Source: Acutalibacteraceae bacterium
GTDB taxonomy: Bacteria > Bacillota > Clostridia > Oscillospirales > Acutalibacteraceae
Direction: 5' to 3'
Assembly (NCBI GenBank): GCA_045657845.1
Contig: JAZOTY010000139.1
Coordinates: 2,830-66,829 of the forward strand
Length of the DNA stretch: 64,000 nucleotides
Below the pieces are notes generated by a model. It was not told the origin of the DNA, made no database searches, and worked only from the letters and a program-made list of their open reading frames with translations. The position numbers were made by a program, and so were the translations under genes. Shown piece after piece: positions 1 to 9,887 of this stretch (its first letter is position 1; each line of letters begins with the position of its first letter).

Positions 1-861
1 GATGGGTCCCGCGATGGCCAGAAGGATCATGACGCAGCGGACCTCTATATGGCTGAAATAGTCTTTGAAGCGGCCCCGGAACAGCAGGGAACTGGCCATG
101 AAGTTGGTGGCGCCCATCAACATGAGGACCATGGTGATGATGTCGATGGGGACGCTGGCGAAATGGCCGATGCTGTCCGGATGGATGGAGAACCCGCCGG
201 TGGCGACGGCCGAGATGGAGTAGTTGACGGCGTCGAACAGGGGCATCCCGGACAGGACGTACAGGATGATGCCCGCGATGATGAAGCAGCCGTACAGGGT
301 GAGGATGGTCCGGGCGGAACGGAAGGGGCTCGTGGAGAGCCGGTCCGTATGCCCTTCGGCCGTGAAGAGCTGCATGCCGTAATAGTTGGCGAGGATGGCG
401 GTCAGGACCAGGACGAGGCCGACGCCGCCGATGAGGTGGAGGAGCGACCGGTACAGAAGGACGAGGTGGCTCACGGCCGTGACATCGGTGACGGAGAGGC
501 CGGTGGTGGTGAGACCGCTCATGGACTCAAAGACGGCCTGAGGGGCGGAATAGCCCACCATCATGAAGGGGATGGAGCAGAACGCCACCGCGACGATCCA
601 GAGCAGGAGCAGGATCATGGAACTGGCGTGTTTGCGCAGGACGAGAGCCCGCTGTCCCCGGCTGCAGAGCAGCAGAAGACCGCCGGTCAGCAGCGTGGCT
701 GCCGCCGGGATCAGGAAGGCCTTGGCCTCATGGGACTCTTCCGGCCAGAAGATCAGAAGGAAGAGCGGAGCCAGGAGGATGACCGTCAGCATCAGGCAGA
801 GAAAGCCCAGCGACCGCACCAGAGCGATGCGGTCCATGCGTAAGGAAGCCTGTGGACTCAT
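1..861 (-). CDS. trkH: TrkH/KtrB-family K+ transporter membrane subunit (N-terminal 287 codons; runs off the window start)
   Basis: Absent from the ORF track because it stays open to position 1. My translation from ATG 861-859 (GAAGGGG Shine-Dalgarno 7 nt upstream, 5 nt after the trkA stop) gives MSPQASLRMDRIALVRSLGFLCLMLTV... It has many hydrophobic helices and pore-loop-like motifs SMSGLTTTGLS and SAVATGGFS. It lies directly downstream of two TrkA genes. Confidence 0.8.
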   Translation of the reverse strand, partial: MSPQASLRMDRIALVRSLGFLCLMLTVILLAPLFLLIFWPEESHEAKAFLIPAAATLLTGGLLLLCSRGQRALVLRKHASSMILLLLWIVAVAFCSIPFMMVGYSAPQAVFESMSGLTTTGLSVTDVTAVSHLVLLYRSLLHLIGGVGLVLVLTAILANYYGMQLFTAEGHTDRLSTSPFRSARTILTLYGCFIIAGIILYVLSGMPLFDAVNYSISAVATGGFSIHPDSIGHFASVPIDIITMVLMLMGATNFMASSLLFRGRFKDYFSHIEVRCVMILLAIAGPI

Positions 862-865
862 AGCG

Positions 866-1525
866 TTACCCCTTCAAAGCTTTCAGGACGAGGTCCTGCT
901 GGCCGGGAGCGGTCAGGATGTAGAGTTTGTCTCCGGTCGTCAGGACGTCGGTACCGGAGGGAACGACCATGGAGCCGTTCGCGCGGATGATGCAGCCGAT
1001 GATGGTGTTGCCCGGCAGAGTCATCTGGATGAGGTTGCGGCCGATGCACTGTTCATCGCCCTTCAGGACGACGGAGAACAGGTTGACCCGGTTGTCCTCG
1101 AGCGGCAGGGTCTCGACGAGATCCTGGATGGTGGCGGCCTCTGTCAGGAATTTGGCGACCATATGGGTGGAACTCAGAACGTGTCCGACGCCCAGCTCCT
1201 GGAACAGCTGCACGTTTTTCGGGTTGCGGACCGTGCAGACCGTGTGGGGGATATGGAAGCATTTCTTCGCGAACTGACAGACGGCGAGATTGGTCTCGTC
1301 GCGTTCCGACAGGGAGACGAGGACGTCCGCGCCTTCGATGCCCGCTTCGGTCAGCACGTAGAACCGGGTGGGGTCTCCGTGGAAGACCGGCAGGTCGTGG
1401 TGGGCCGACAGTTTTTCGCAGTATTCTTTATGCGCGTTGATGACGGTGAGCTTGTGGCCGTTTTCCTTGAGGTTTTCAATGAGGAAGTCGGTCTGCTCAT
1501 AGCCGCCGGCGATGACGATATGCAT
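866..1525 (-). CDS. trkA: Trk/Ktr system NAD-binding regulatory subunit (TrkA-N plus TrkA-C domains)
   Basis: 219 aa, MHIVIAGGYEQTDFLIENLKENGHKLTVI... Rossmann-type N-terminus with a C-terminal RCK-C-like half. Operon context with trkH. Confidence 0.85.
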   Translation of the reverse strand: MHIVIAGGYEQTDFLIENLKENGHKLTVINAHKEYCEKLSAHHDLPVFHGDPTRFYVLTEAGIEGADVLVSLSERDETNLAVCQFAKKCFHIPHTVCTVRNPKNVQLFQELGVGHVLSSTHMVAKFLTEAATIQDLVETLPLEDNRVNLFSVVLKGDEQCIGRNLIQMTLPGNTIIGCIIRANGSMVVPSGTDVLTTGDKLYILTAPGQQDLVLKALKG

Positions 1526-1527
1526 GC

Positions 1528-1959
1528 TCAGTCCTCCTCTCCAAACAGGAATTCAAAGTCTTTTTCGAACTCTGCCAGGGACAGGGTGAAGGGGAAGATG
1601 CCCCGGATGGGCAGATCTTCGACCAGTTTTTCGTAATTGGCGTCGTCGAACCGGGCAAAGACGGTGGGCACCTCGTAGATCCGGCACGCGATCTGTGCCA
1701 GAAGGTTGTTGCGGCTGTCGTCGCCGGTGGCGGCGACGAAGAGATCTGCCGTCTCGATGCCGGCACGGACCAGCTGTGCCTCATCGATGCCGTTGCCCTG
1801 GAGCAGGAGCCCTCCGAAGGACTCGGACAGGCGTCGGAAGGCCTCCGGGTCTTCATCCATGATGGTGACCCGCAGACCGTGCTCTGCCAGGTATTCCGCG
1901 ACGTGCCCTCCCAGCCGGCCGCAGCCGATGATGAGGGCAGAACGTTTCTTTTCAAACAT
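1528..1959 (-). CDS. TrkA-N (RCK N-terminal) domain protein
   Basis: 143 aa, MFEKKRSALIIGCGRLGGHVAEYLAEHG... GxGxxG Rossmann motif. Its stop is 2 nt from the next trkA start. Confidence 0.8.
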   Translation of the reverse strand: MFEKKRSALIIGCGRLGGHVAEYLAEHGLRVTIMDEDPEAFRRLSESFGGLLLQGNGIDEAQLVRAGIETADLFVAATGDDSRNNLLAQIACRIYEVPTVFARFDDANYEKLVEDLPIRGIFPFTLSLAEFEKDFEFLFGEED

Positions 1960-1974
1960 ACTGAATCATCTCCA

Positions 1975-2013
1975 CAAGAGAGAAAGACCGGGAAGGCCGT
2001 GCTTCCCGGTCTT
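1975..2013 (-). terminator. Intrinsic terminator downstream of valS
   Basis: 12-bp stem AAGACCGGGAAG (1984-1995) / CTTCCCGGTCTT (2002-2013). On the minus strand it is followed by CUUUCUCUCU. Confidence 0.6.
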
Positions 2014-2019
2014 CGAAAT

Positions 2020-4650
2020 TTAAGCCAGGTTTTTGAGGCTTTCTTCCAGAAGGTTGATCTTATCTTTGATTTTTTCTGCCGAAGCACGGTCTTTTTCCAC
2101 GACCGCGGCCGGGGCGTTGTTGACAAAGCCCGGATTGTTCAGCTTCTTCTCGAAGAAGGCGAGATCTTTCTGCGCCTTTTCCAGTTCTTTGGTGAGCCGT
2201 TCCTTCTCGGCGTCCAGATCGACGAGCTCATTCATGGGCAGGTAGATCTGCGCGTCGGCCGTGACGATGTTGACCGCGCCTTCGGTGTCGAAGTCGCCGC
2301 CGACCGTCACTTTCGTGGCGGAAGCCAGTCTCTGGATGTACACGACGCCGGCCCGGAAGGTGTCTTCGAAGGGCGTGTCGAAATGGACCGCGGACTTCTT
2401 CGACGGGGGGACGTTCATCTCGGCGCGGCGCGCGCGGATGGCCCGGACCGCCGTCATGATCCGCTCGAACTCGGTCTCTTCGGCAGAGAAGTCGAGCGCC
2501 CCGGTGTACTCCGGATAGGAGGCCAGCATGATGGTGTCGCCTTCATGGGGCAGGGACTGCCAGATCTCCTCCGTGAGGAAGGGCATGAAGGGGTGGAGCA
2601 GCTTCAGCATGCCGTCCATGCAGTAGATGAGGACGGTCTTCGCGGTCTCGGCGCCCTTGCCGCCTTCCTGGAGACGGATCTTGGAGATCTCGATGTACCA
2701 GTCGCAGAACAGGTCCCAGATGAAGTCGTAGAGCTTGGCCAGGGCCACGCCGAGTTCATAGCTGTCGATATTGTCGCTGACCTCTTTGCAGAGGGTGTTG
2801 AACTTGGAGAGGATCCACTTGTCCTCGATGGCGAGGTCTTCGGCGGCGGGGAGTTTTGCCGGGTCCTCGGAACCGTCGAGGTTCATGAGGATGTAACGCG
2901 CGGCATTCCAGATCTTGTTGCCGAAGTTCCGGGATGCCTCGACCTTCTTCTCCGAATAGCGCATATCGTTTCCGGGGCTGTTGCCGGTGACGAGCGTGAA
3001 GCGGAGGGCGTCCGCGCCGTATTTGTCGATGACGACCAGCGGGTCGATGCCGTTGCCGAGGGACTTCGACATCTTCCGGCCCAGTTCATCGCGGACGATG
3101 CCGTGGATGAAGATGGTGTCGAAGGGGTAGGTGCCCATCTGCTCCACGGAGGAGAAGATCATGCGGGCGACCCAGAAGAAGATGATGTCGTAACCCGTGA
3201 CCAGCGTGCTGGTCGGGAAATAGTGTTTCAGTTCCGGGGTCTCATCCGGCCAGCCCAGCGTGGAGAAGGGCCAGAGGGCGGAGGAGAACCAGGTATCGAG
3301 CGTGTCCTCGTCCTGGCGGATGTGTTCGCTGCCGCAGTGCTCGCACTTGCAGGGCGTGCCGCGGGAGACCGTGATCTCGCCGCAGTCGTCGCAGTACCAG
3401 GCCGGGATGCGGTGGCCCCACCAGATCCTGCGGGGGGTGGACCAGTCTTTGATGTTCTCCATCCAGTGGTAATAGGTCTTGTCGTAGCGGGACGGGACGA
3501 ACTGGATCTTGCCGGAACGGACGATGTCGATGGCCGGGTCCGCCAGCGGTTTCATCTTGACGAACCACTGCTTCGAGATGCGGGGCTCGACGACGGTGCC
3601 GCAGCGGTAGCAGGTGCCGACGTTGTGTTTGGTGGGCTCGACGCGGACCAGAAGGCCGAGTTCCTCGAGGTCTTTGACGACCTCTTTCCGGCACTCTTCG
3701 GTGGTCATGCCGACGTATTTCTCCGGCACGTTCTCGTTCATGTGACCGTCATCGGTCATGACGTTGACGATCGGCAGGTCATGGCGAAGACCGACTTCGT
3801 AGTCGTTCGGGTCATGCGCCGGGGTGATCTTGACGACACCGGTCCCGAACTCGGGGTCGGCGTGTTCGTCGCCCACCAGAGGGATCTCCTTGTTCATGAG
3901 CGGCAGGAGGATCATCTGGCCGATCTTGTCCTTGTAGCGGGGGTCCTCCGGGTTGACCGCGACGGCGGTGTCGCCGAACATGGTCTCCGGACGGGTCGTG
4001 GCCAGTTCCAGATAGCCGGAACCGTCCGCGAACGGGTATTTCAGGTGCCAGAAGGCGCCGTCTTTCTCTTCATATTCGACCTCGATGTCCGAGATGGAAG
4101 TCATGCAGTGGGGGCACCAGTTGATGAGGCGCTCGCCGCGGTAGATCAGGCCTTTTTCATACATGTTGTTGAAGACTTCGATGACGGCCTTGGAGCAGCC
4201 TTCATCCATGGTGAACCGCTCCCGGTCCCAGTCGCAGGAGGAACCGAGCTTCTTGAGCTGCTCGACGATGCGTCCGCCGTACTGACGGCGCCAGTCCCAG
4301 GCGCGTTCGAGGAACGCTTCCCGGCCGATGTCTTCCTTCGTGATGCCTTCCTGCTTCATCGACTCGACGATCTTCGCCTCGGTGGCGATCGACGCGTGGT
4401 CGGTGCCGGGGACCCAGAGGGTATCGAACCCTTTCATCCGGTGATAGCGGATGAGGATGTCCTGCAGGGTATTGTCGAGCGCGTGCCCCATGTGGAGCTG
4501 CCCGGTGATGTTGGGGGGCGGGATGACGATCGTGTAAGGGGTCTTCTTCTCGTCCGGTTCTGCGTGGAAGTACTTGTTCTCCTGCCAGAAGTCGTAGATC
4601 TTGTCTTCGAACTCTGACGGATCGTACTTGGTCGCAAGTTCTTTGGCCAT
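2020..4650 (-). CDS. valS: Valine--tRNA ligase
   Basis: 876 aa. Class I signatures PPPNITGQLHMGHAL (HIGH-type) and GRKMSKSLGN (KMSKS), with a C-terminal coiled-coil tail typical of ValRS. Confidence 0.97.
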   Translation of the reverse strand: MAKELATKYDPSEFEDKIYDFWQENKYFHAEPDEKKTPYTIVIPPPNITGQLHMGHALDNTLQDILIRYHRMKGFDTLWVPGTDHASIATEAKIVESMKQEGITKEDIGREAFLERAWDWRRQYGGRIVEQLKKLGSSCDWDRERFTMDEGCSKAVIEVFNNMYEKGLIYRGERLINWCPHCMTSISDIEVEYEEKDGAFWHLKYPFADGSGYLELATTRPETMFGDTAVAVNPEDPRYKDKIGQMILLPLMNKEIPLVGDEHADPEFGTGVVKITPAHDPNDYEVGLRHDLPIVNVMTDDGHMNENVPEKYVGMTTEECRKEVVKDLEELGLLVRVEPTKHNVGTCYRCGTVVEPRISKQWFVKMKPLADPAIDIVRSGKIQFVPSRYDKTYYHWMENIKDWSTPRRIWWGHRIPAWYCDDCGEITVSRGTPCKCEHCGSEHIRQDEDTLDTWFSSALWPFSTLGWPDETPELKHYFPTSTLVTGYDIIFFWVARMIFSSVEQMGTYPFDTIFIHGIVRDELGRKMSKSLGNGIDPLVVIDKYGADALRFTLVTGNSPGNDMRYSEKKVEASRNFGNKIWNAARYILMNLDGSEDPAKLPAAEDLAIEDKWILSKFNTLCKEVSDNIDSYELGVALAKLYDFIWDLFCDWYIEISKIRLQEGGKGAETAKTVLIYCMDGMLKLLHPFMPFLTEEIWQSLPHEGDTIMLASYPEYTGALDFSAEETEFERIMTAVRAIRARRAEMNVPPSKKSAVHFDTPFEDTFRAGVVYIQRLASATKVTVGGDFDTEGAVNIVTADAQIYLPMNELVDLDAEKERLTKELEKAQKDLAFFEKKLNNPGFVNNAPAAVVEKDRASAEKIKDKINLLEESLKNLA

Positions 4651-4696
4651 TTGGATGCCTCCAATAAAGAATATATTTCAAACAATAGTTAGAAGT

Positions 4697-4736
4697 ATTA
4701 TAAAGGCTTGCTTTTCGATTTGCAAGATTCTATAAT
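4697..4736. promoter_or_regulatory. Overlapping divergent sigma-A-type promoters for valS (minus) and murE (plus)
   Basis: murE: TTGCTT (4708-4713), N17, TATAAT (4731-4736). valS on the minus strand: the palindromic TTGCAA (4720-4725), N17, TATAAT (complement of 4697-4702). The valS leader is only ~40 nt. Confidence 0.55.
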
Positions 4737-4795
4737 TTCTGTCAGACAACTTTTCGAACGACGTTTCATCGTTTTCACATCCCATAGGAGGACCT

Positions 4796-6307
4796 ATGAT
4801 ACTCGAACAACTGCTCGAAGACCTTGCGACCGCTTCGGTCACGGGACCGGACACAGCGCTTCAGACCGACATTTCCGATGTCGTCTACGACTCCCGCAAA
4901 GCGGTCAGAGGCACGCTTTTCGTCTGCATGGTCGGCGCCGAGACCGACGGCCACAAGTACGCGAGGAGCGCCTACGACGCGGGCTGCCGCGTGTTCGTCC
5001 TGGAAGCGGGCCATGAGGAAACCGCGAACCTGGGCGATGTACCGGAAGAGCCCGTGATCATCGTGGTGGAAAACACCCGGGTGGCGCTGGCGAAACTCTC
5101 GGACACGTTTTTCGGCCACCCGTCCGGAGACCTCAAAGTCATCGGCATCACCGGCACGAAGGGGAAGACCTCGATCACCTACATCCTCCAGTCCGTCCTC
5201 GACCGGGCGGGCGTCCCCACCGGGCTCATCGGCACGGCGGGCGCGTCCTGGAACGGGAAGCAGGTGCCGACGGTCAACACGACCCCGGAGTCCTATGAGA
5301 TCCAGAAACTGCTGCGGCAGATGGCGGATGACGGCGTGAAGGCCGTCGCCATCGAAGTGTCGAGCCTCGGCGTCAAATGGCACCGGACCGACTTCCTCGA
5401 GTTCTTCTGCGGCGTCTTCACCAATATCTCGCCCGACCACATCGGGGGACATGAGCACAAGACCTACGAGGAGTACTACAGCTTTAAAAAAGCGTTCTTC
5501 TCCCTCTGCGGCCAGGCGGCCGCCTGCGGGGACGACCCCGCCGCGGCGGACATGCTCGAAGCGGTCCCCGGCCGGAAGATCTTCTACGGCCTCTCGGAAC
5601 ACAATGAATTCCGGGCGGAGAACATGGTCCCGACCCGGTCCGACGACTTCATGGGCATCCGCTTCGACCTTCTCCGGAACGGAGCAAAAGCGGACACCTT
5701 CGAGATCAGCCTGCCCGGCGACTTCTCGGTCCACAACGCGCTGGCGGTCCTCGCGGTCTGCGAGCTCATGGGGCTCGACCTGGAAAAGGCGAAGGAAGGC
5801 CTGCGGACCGTCCGCGTCCCCGGCCGCTGCCAGATCAAATATCTGTCGAAAGACTTCGGCATCATCATCGACTACGCCCACAACGACATCAGTCTCGAGG
5901 GCATCATCAAGACCGTCCGGGCGTACGGCCCGAAACGCATCATCACCCTGTTCGGCTCCGTCGGAGACCGCGCGCAGCTGCGCCGGGAGGAACTGGGGAC
6001 CACCAGCGGCCGGCTGGCGGATTTCACGGTCATCACCGAAGACGACCCCGGGTATGAAGACCCGAAAAAGATCGCCGACGAGATCGCCGTGTTCGTCGAA
6101 AAGGCCGGCGGCGCCGGCAAGTACGTCGTCATCCCGGACCGGGAAGAGGCCGTCGCCTATGCCGTCGCCATGCTGGAGCCGGGAGATTTCCTCCTCTGCT
6201 GCGGCAAGGGACATGAGCGTTTCATGAAAGTCCGGGGCAAAAAAGAGCCCTTCAATGAAGAACGATGCATCGAGGAAGCCCTGAAAAAACGGGGCATCGA
6301 GCTGTAA
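4796..6307 (+). CDS. murE: UDP-N-acetylmuramoyl-L-alanyl-D-glutamate--diamino acid ligase (MurE; substrate uncertain, see findings)
   Basis: 503 aa. Mur ligase P-loop GITGTKGKTS. Overall MurE-like layout. The C-terminal domain has EDDPG where DAP-type enzymes have DNPR. Confidence 0.93.
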   Translation: MILEQLLEDLATASVTGPDTALQTDISDVVYDSRKAVRGTLFVCMVGAETDGHKYARSAYDAGCRVFVLEAGHEETANLGDVPEEPVIIVVENTRVALAKLSDTFFGHPSGDLKVIGITGTKGKTSITYILQSVLDRAGVPTGLIGTAGASWNGKQVPTVNTTPESYEIQKLLRQMADDGVKAVAIEVSSLGVKWHRTDFLEFFCGVFTNISPDHIGGHEHKTYEEYYSFKKAFFSLCGQAAACGDDPAAADMLEAVPGRKIFYGLSEHNEFRAENMVPTRSDDFMGIRFDLLRNGAKADTFEISLPGDFSVHNALAVLAVCELMGLDLEKAKEGLRTVRVPGRCQIKYLSKDFGIIIDYAHNDISLEGIIKTVRAYGPKRIITLFGSVGDRAQLRREELGTTSGRLADFTVITEDDPGYEDPKKIADEIAVFVEKAGGAGKYVVIPDREEAVAYAVAMLEPGDFLLCCGKGHERFMKVRGKKEPFNEERCIEEALKKRGIEL

Positions 6308-6316
6308 GGAGAAAGC

Positions 6317-7651
6317 ATGTATACATTCCGAACGGAAACCGATTTTGAAAGCTTTGACCGTTTTGTCGAGGAACACCACGGCCAGTACCAGCAGTGTTCC
6401 CTCTGGCCGAAGGTCAAGACGGCCTGGGCGCCCCATTTCTATTCCGGCTTCGACGAGGCCGGGGAGCGGGTCCTCACCTGTCTCGTCCTGGAGCGGGATC
6501 TCCCGCTGGCGGGCAAGCTCTGGTATGTGCCCTACGGCACGGTGTCCGACATTTCCAACGAGACGCTCCAGAAGGAGTTCGCGACGTTCATCGCCGCCGA
6601 AATGAAGGCGCACAAGGCCTTCTGCACCATCATCGACCCGCCGGTCCCGCTGCGCATCGACGGCGAGCCTCAGGAAGAGGGCCATGCCGCCCACAAACTC
6701 CTGACCTCCCTCGGCTATCAGCTCAACGCGGACCTGCCGTCCTATACCTATAAGCACCCGGTGCAGACGCTCATCCCGCTGCGGGACGAGAACGGGGAAC
6801 TCATCCCCGGAAAGCAGCTGCTCAAAAAGTGCGAGAAAGGCGTCCGGTACTCGGTCCGGGTCGGGGAGTCCCGCGGCCTCGACTGCGAGACCTATTCCTT
6901 TGAAGATGTCCAAAACGACCCGGCACTGCTCGACGCGTTCGTCTCCGTCATGGACGACACCTCCGAGCGGAACGACTTCGTCCACCGGGACAACAGCTAC
7001 CTCATGCTGCTCTTTGAGACGCTGAAGGATTACACCGACATCATGATCGTCTACTACGACAAGGCGAAGGACACCGCCCTGCAGAATGCCCGCCTCAAAG
7101 AGCGCGAGCAGAAAGAGGCGGCCCTCGAGACCGCGCCCCAGAAAAAGATCAAGGGGCTCAAAAACGACATCGATGTCATCGACAAGAACACGAAAAGTTA
7201 CAACGAACGCATGGAAGAGACGAAGGACTACCCGGCCGATGCCCGCATCCCGGTGGCCGGCGGCCTCACCATCCGTTACGGCGGCTTTGCCAACTGTGTC
7301 TTCGGCGGGACCCGGAACATCGTCCGGAACAACACCCGTTCGAGCCACTATATGAACTACCTCCGTCTGCTGCGGAGCATCGACCTCGGGATGGATTACC
7401 ACGACCTCGGCTACGTCCTCTGCGACTCGCCCGAGACGATGGAGGCGGACGGTTCGCTCGGCCCGCTGTCCCCGAACGAGGACTTCGTCGGCATCAGCAA
7501 GTTCAAACTGAGCTTCGGCGCCCGGTACACGGAGTATATCGGCGAGTACATCCTCGTCGGCAATGCCTTCCGTTACTGGCTTTACAAAGAGCTCATGCCG
7601 AAGGCGAAAAAGGCCAAGATGACGGTCGTGCGGCTCCTGAAGAACCGCTGA
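6317..7651 (+). CDS. FemAB-family peptidoglycan interpeptide-bridge aminoacyltransferase
   Basis: 444 aa. N-terminal FemX/FemA-like MYTFRTETDFESFDRFVEEHHGQYQQCSLWPKVK. A central charged coiled-coil insertion (KDTALQNARLKEREQKEAALE...) as in FemA/FemB. Starts 10 nt after murE. Confidence 0.8.
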   Translation: MYTFRTETDFESFDRFVEEHHGQYQQCSLWPKVKTAWAPHFYSGFDEAGERVLTCLVLERDLPLAGKLWYVPYGTVSDISNETLQKEFATFIAAEMKAHKAFCTIIDPPVPLRIDGEPQEEGHAAHKLLTSLGYQLNADLPSYTYKHPVQTLIPLRDENGELIPGKQLLKKCEKGVRYSVRVGESRGLDCETYSFEDVQNDPALLDAFVSVMDDTSERNDFVHRDNSYLMLLFETLKDYTDIMIVYYDKAKDTALQNARLKEREQKEAALETAPQKKIKGLKNDIDVIDKNTKSYNERMEETKDYPADARIPVAGGLTIRYGGFANCVFGGTRNIVRNNTRSSHYMNYLRLLRSIDLGMDYHDLGYVLCDSPETMEADGSLGPLSPNEDFVGISKFKLSFGARYTEYIGEYILVGNAFRYWLYKELMPKAKKAKMTVVRLLKNR

Positions 7652-7673
7652 GACCGCGAGCAGGAGGAACGGT

Positions 7674-8564
7674 ATGCGCACCCTGACTTTCACCGTCCCA
7701 TCCGAATACCAAGACCGCAAAGTCCTGCATTACCTGAGAGGCTGTGCAGGGCTTTCTTCGCGTGTCATCCGGAACCTCAAAACGTATGAGGACGGCATCC
7801 TCCGAAACGGGGAGCCGGTGCGGACCATCGACCGCCTTTCCGCGGGCGATGTACTGACCGTGAACCTGCCGGACGACCCCGCCGAACAGCTCCCGCCGAT
7901 GCCGGATCCGGAGTTCCTCGAAGGGGAGCTGCCGGAAGTCCTCTACGAGGACGAAGATCTGCTGATCGTGAACAAGCCGGGGACCATGGCGGTCCACCCC
8001 TCGCATAACCACCAGGGCGACACACTCGCCAACTGGATCACGTATCACCGGGTGCAGGAGGGGAGAGATCCGGTCATGTTCCGGGCCGTCGGACGGCTCG
8101 ATAAAGGCACGTCCGGCGTCGTCGTCTGCGCCCTCAACGCCTATGCGGCGGACCGGCTGCAGCGGGGCGTGGAGAAGGAGTACCTGGCGGTGCCCTCCGC
8201 GCGCCTGACCGGCAGCGGGACGATCGACGCCCCGATCTTCCGACCGGATCCGATCATCACGCTCCGCGTCGTCGATGAGCGGGGAGACCGGGCCGTCACC
8301 CACTGGGAGGCCCTCGAGACCTTCGACGACCGGACCCTCTGCCGGGTCCGGCTCGAGACCGGGCGGACCCATCAGATCCGTGTCCATTTCGCCTCCATCG
8401 GCGCGCCGCTCATCGGGGACACCCTCTACGGGACGCCGTCCGGAGAGATCGCCCGGCACGCGCTCCACTGCGCTCACGCGGAGCTGACGCACCCGGTGAC
8501 CGGCGAACGGATCGTCGTGAATGCTCCACTTCCGCAGGATCTGTCTGATTTGTTGAAACGGTGA
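7674..8564 (+). CDS. RluA-family 23S rRNA pseudouridine synthase (RluD-like, with S4 domain)
   Basis: 296 aa. Motifs LLIVNKPGTMAVHPS, GRLDKGTSGVVV (catalytic Asp) and GRTHQIRVHFA. Confidence 0.9.
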   Translation: MRTLTFTVPSEYQDRKVLHYLRGCAGLSSRVIRNLKTYEDGILRNGEPVRTIDRLSAGDVLTVNLPDDPAEQLPPMPDPEFLEGELPEVLYEDEDLLIVNKPGTMAVHPSHNHQGDTLANWITYHRVQEGRDPVMFRAVGRLDKGTSGVVVCALNAYAADRLQRGVEKEYLAVPSARLTGSGTIDAPIFRPDPIITLRVVDERGDRAVTHWEALETFDDRTLCRVRLETGRTHQIRVHFASIGAPLIGDTLYGTPSGEIARHALHCAHAELTHPVTGERIVVNAPLPQDLSDLLKR

Positions 8565-8706
8565 GTAGACAAATGTGGAATGTTGTCAAATTAAATGGGA
8601 CAATCCGGTTTTTTATGTAGAAATCGCTCAGAGTCTATGTTAAAATTCTATTTGATTTCGAAACTCACTCGAGCTGGACAGTGAGTAGAATACAGGAGGA
8701 AAAATC

Positions 8707-9624
8707 ATGTCCATCAAATGTGAAGAAAGATTCTTCGAATCCACCGACCGTAAAGATCGTGTCCGCTATCTGACCTGGACCGATGACGCTGTCGAGACCA
8801 AGGCTGTTGCCCTCATCGCGCACGGTGTCTGCGAACATATCGACCGTTTCCACGGCCTTGCGGAGCATCTCGCCAAAGCCGGTTACGCGGTCTACGGCGA
8901 AGACCATGTCGGCCACGGCAAGACCGCTATGGGCGAGGAGCAGAACCTTCGCAACATCGGCAAGTGCCCGAAAGGCGCTGACAAGATCGTCATCAAAGAT
9001 ATGCACAAGATGAGAGACATCGCGGTCTCCGAGCATCCCGGCCTTCCCGAAGTCCTGGTCGGCCACTCCATGGGTTCCTTCATCGCCAAGATCTACGGCG
9101 CCAACTACGGCAAAGAGCTGGCCGCCACCGTTTACTGCGGTTCCGGCGACTTCTTCGGCAACCCCTTCCGCTGCCTCATCTACCCGCTGGTCCCGCTCTT
9201 CACCGCGGCTCCGGTCAAAGATATCGAAGTCAAAGTCACCAACAACATGTTCTCCACCGGCTGGCTTTCCCGCAGCAAAGAGAACCGTGCTGACTACCTG
9301 AAAGACCCGATGATCACCGTTTACTACACTCCCGGCCTCATGGCCATGCTGGGCGCTCTGGCTGCCCGCTCCGCCGGTACTCTCTGGGCGAAGAAGATGC
9401 CGAAGGACCTTCCCGTCCTCGTCGTCGCCGGCACCCAGGACCTCGTCGGCTTCTGCGGCATCGGCGTTCGTTTCGCCGACCGCTGGATGGACAAAGCCGG
9501 CATCAAGGACCACACCACGAAATGGTATCAGACCTATCGTCATGAGCTCTTCCGCGACGACTGCAAGGAAGAGGTCTACAACGACATCACCACCTGGCTC
9601 AAGTCCAAAGGCCTTCCCGGCTGA
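8707..9624 (+). CDS. Alpha/beta hydrolase (lysophospholipase/monoacylglycerol lipase-like)
   Basis: 305 aa. HGVCEH oxyanion region and a GHSMGS nucleophile elbow. Confidence 0.8.
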   Translation: MSIKCEERFFESTDRKDRVRYLTWTDDAVETKAVALIAHGVCEHIDRFHGLAEHLAKAGYAVYGEDHVGHGKTAMGEEQNLRNIGKCPKGADKIVIKDMHKMRDIAVSEHPGLPEVLVGHSMGSFIAKIYGANYGKELAATVYCGSGDFFGNPFRCLIYPLVPLFTAAPVKDIEVKVTNNMFSTGWLSRSKENRADYLKDPMITVYYTPGLMAMLGALAARSAGTLWAKKMPKDLPVLVVAGTQDLVGFCGIGVRFADRWMDKAGIKDHTTKWYQTYRHELFRDDCKEEVYNDITTWLKSKGLPG

Positions 9625-9647
9625 GCCAGCTGAGATCCTCAAATCAG

Positions 9648-9681
9648 GACCCTGTTCCGATTCCGGAACAGGGTCTTTTTC
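9648..9681 (+). terminator. Intrinsic terminator
   Basis: GACCCTGTTCCG (9648-9659), loop ATTC, CGGAACAGGGTC (9664-9675), then TTTTT. Confidence 0.8.
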
Positions 9682-9887
9682 GGGAGATATCGATTTGTAC
9701 GAATTCATCGCCCCGGAGCGAAGTGAAATCGGATAATTTGCCGATTTTTGTCCGGCTACTCCAAAAACGCCTTCCGAAGACTTTTCAATTATTGCAACTG
9801 GTGGTATAATATCTCAGATTTAAGCACTATATATACTAATTCTTACTTTCGAGAAATCGTGAAGAGCGAAATCAGGAGAGTGAAATT

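Noticed and set aside
4651-4795. T-box leaders upstream of the aminoacyl-tRNA synthetase genes valS (4651-4795) and proS (30590-30661), and upstream of serC (19425-19521).
   Set aside because: The predicted promoters leave leaders of only about 40-70 nt, far shorter than a T-box (about 200-300 nt). I could not find the conserved T-box sequence or a terminator/antiterminator pair.
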